Shown here: positions 63,086 to 64,000 of the stretch, in pieces
Position numbering within the stretch: the first letter of the stretch is position 1
How the letters are laid out: every line of letters starts with the position of its first letter
Made by a program: the position numbers and the translations under genes
DNA from: Balanoglossus misakiensis
Taxonomy: Eukaryota > Animalia > Hemichordata
NCBI GenBank assembly: GCA_040954595.2
Contig: CM082588.2
Location: forward strand, 5,468,202 to 5,532,201
Length of the DNA stretch: 64,000 nt
Direction of reading: 5' to 3'
The notes under the pieces: generated by a model
Told to the model about the DNA's origin: nothing
The model's database searches: none
The model's input: only the letters and a program-made list of their open reading frames with translations

Positions 63086-63251
63086 GATGAATTTCCTAGT
63101 AGAGAGGGGACTGCAAGAGAGATAAAGATGTTAGCATGGCGATTTTTGTGACAGTAACTCAAATTCGGTTTCATATATTGTACCTGTAAAATGCATCCTA
63201 ATATTGGTTTTGTTTGCTAAGCAAGATGGTGTTAGATTACCAATCGGAGAG

Positions 63252-63279
63252 GGTGGTGGTGGTGGTGGTGGTGGTGGTG
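63252..63279. repeat. (GGT)n microsatellite
   Basis: Direct reading of the sequence. Confidence 0.85.
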
Positions 63280-64000
63280 TCTGATAAGAAAAACGCTGGC
63301 GGTTAGCTGCCGAAGTCTGACTATATGTTGGTTTGGTAAACAGTCATTGAACGGCTATTACCGTTTAGGTTAAAACTCTCGGTTCCGTCGTTGTGTGATC
63401 TCATAAATCGTGGGAAATGCATACGCGATGATAATAATGGTTTGATGCAAGCGGTCATCCTGTGACATAACCATGATTACGTCCATGTTATAATATACCT
63501 CATGCTAATATTGTGTTATGATTCGCCAGAATCCGTGGCCAGGCAATATGTGTTCATTATTACACTGCATGAAATAATCAAGAACAAAGGAGCTTTCAAG
63601 TGGCCGGTAGAATGTTTGTAGTCGATGCTTTGCATGTTTGTTTGTACAAAACAGTCCGTGCCATAGTTGTGGCTTGGATTGTCCTTTAAAGCTGGCGGTA
63701 AGGGCAACAACACCCAGAGACGGCCTAACAGCCTCACAATGGAGGCAATTTCAGTAACTGACCTTCAGTTTACCAACGCAGTACCACAGCGCAGTGGGTT
63801 ATTTTGACCCCGTTTCTTCTAGTACCCCCATGCTCGTTGTAACCGGTCATCGTACGTCCTTTTGACCTCAGTGCACCATTCTTATATGGAGCACCACATA
63901 TCAACATCACACGAATCCGACAAGTACCACCAAAACAGATCATTAAAAAGGTGCCAATTATGGCCAATTTAATGATACCAGGCGAAATTAGGCATCTTGC

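Overview
Eukaryotic (animal) genomic DNA with GT-AG introns, microsatellites and MITE-like hairpins. The gene content suggests a marine invertebrate deuterostome (hemichordate/echinoderm/amphioxus-like); this is inference. I spliced the genes by hand and checked exon phases. (1) A minus-strand non-chordate-type classical cadherin with about 6 EC repeats, an NC-type region, EGF and laminin-G modules; it runs off the left edge. (2) A complete alpha-tubulin gene nested antisense in one cadherin intron. (3) An orphan single-pass membrane protein. (4) A three-Ig receptor with an intronless CDS and tandem RVxF motifs in its tail. (5) An 8-exon FMN-dependent alpha-hydroxy-acid oxidase with an added N-terminal membrane anchor and no PTS1. 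(6) A prostanoid-receptor-like GPCR locus with two duplicated TM1-TM6 exons but only one intact TM7/C-tail exon. (7) A 9-exon half-size cobalamin-independent methionine synthase (MetE C-terminal barrel only). (8) A 9-exon mitochondrial-clan cytochrome P450. The best candidates for new biology are the variable/constant GPCR exon layout, the relocalised hydroxy-acid oxidase, the putative PP1-docking Ig receptor and the intron-containing core methionine synthase. No database search was run.
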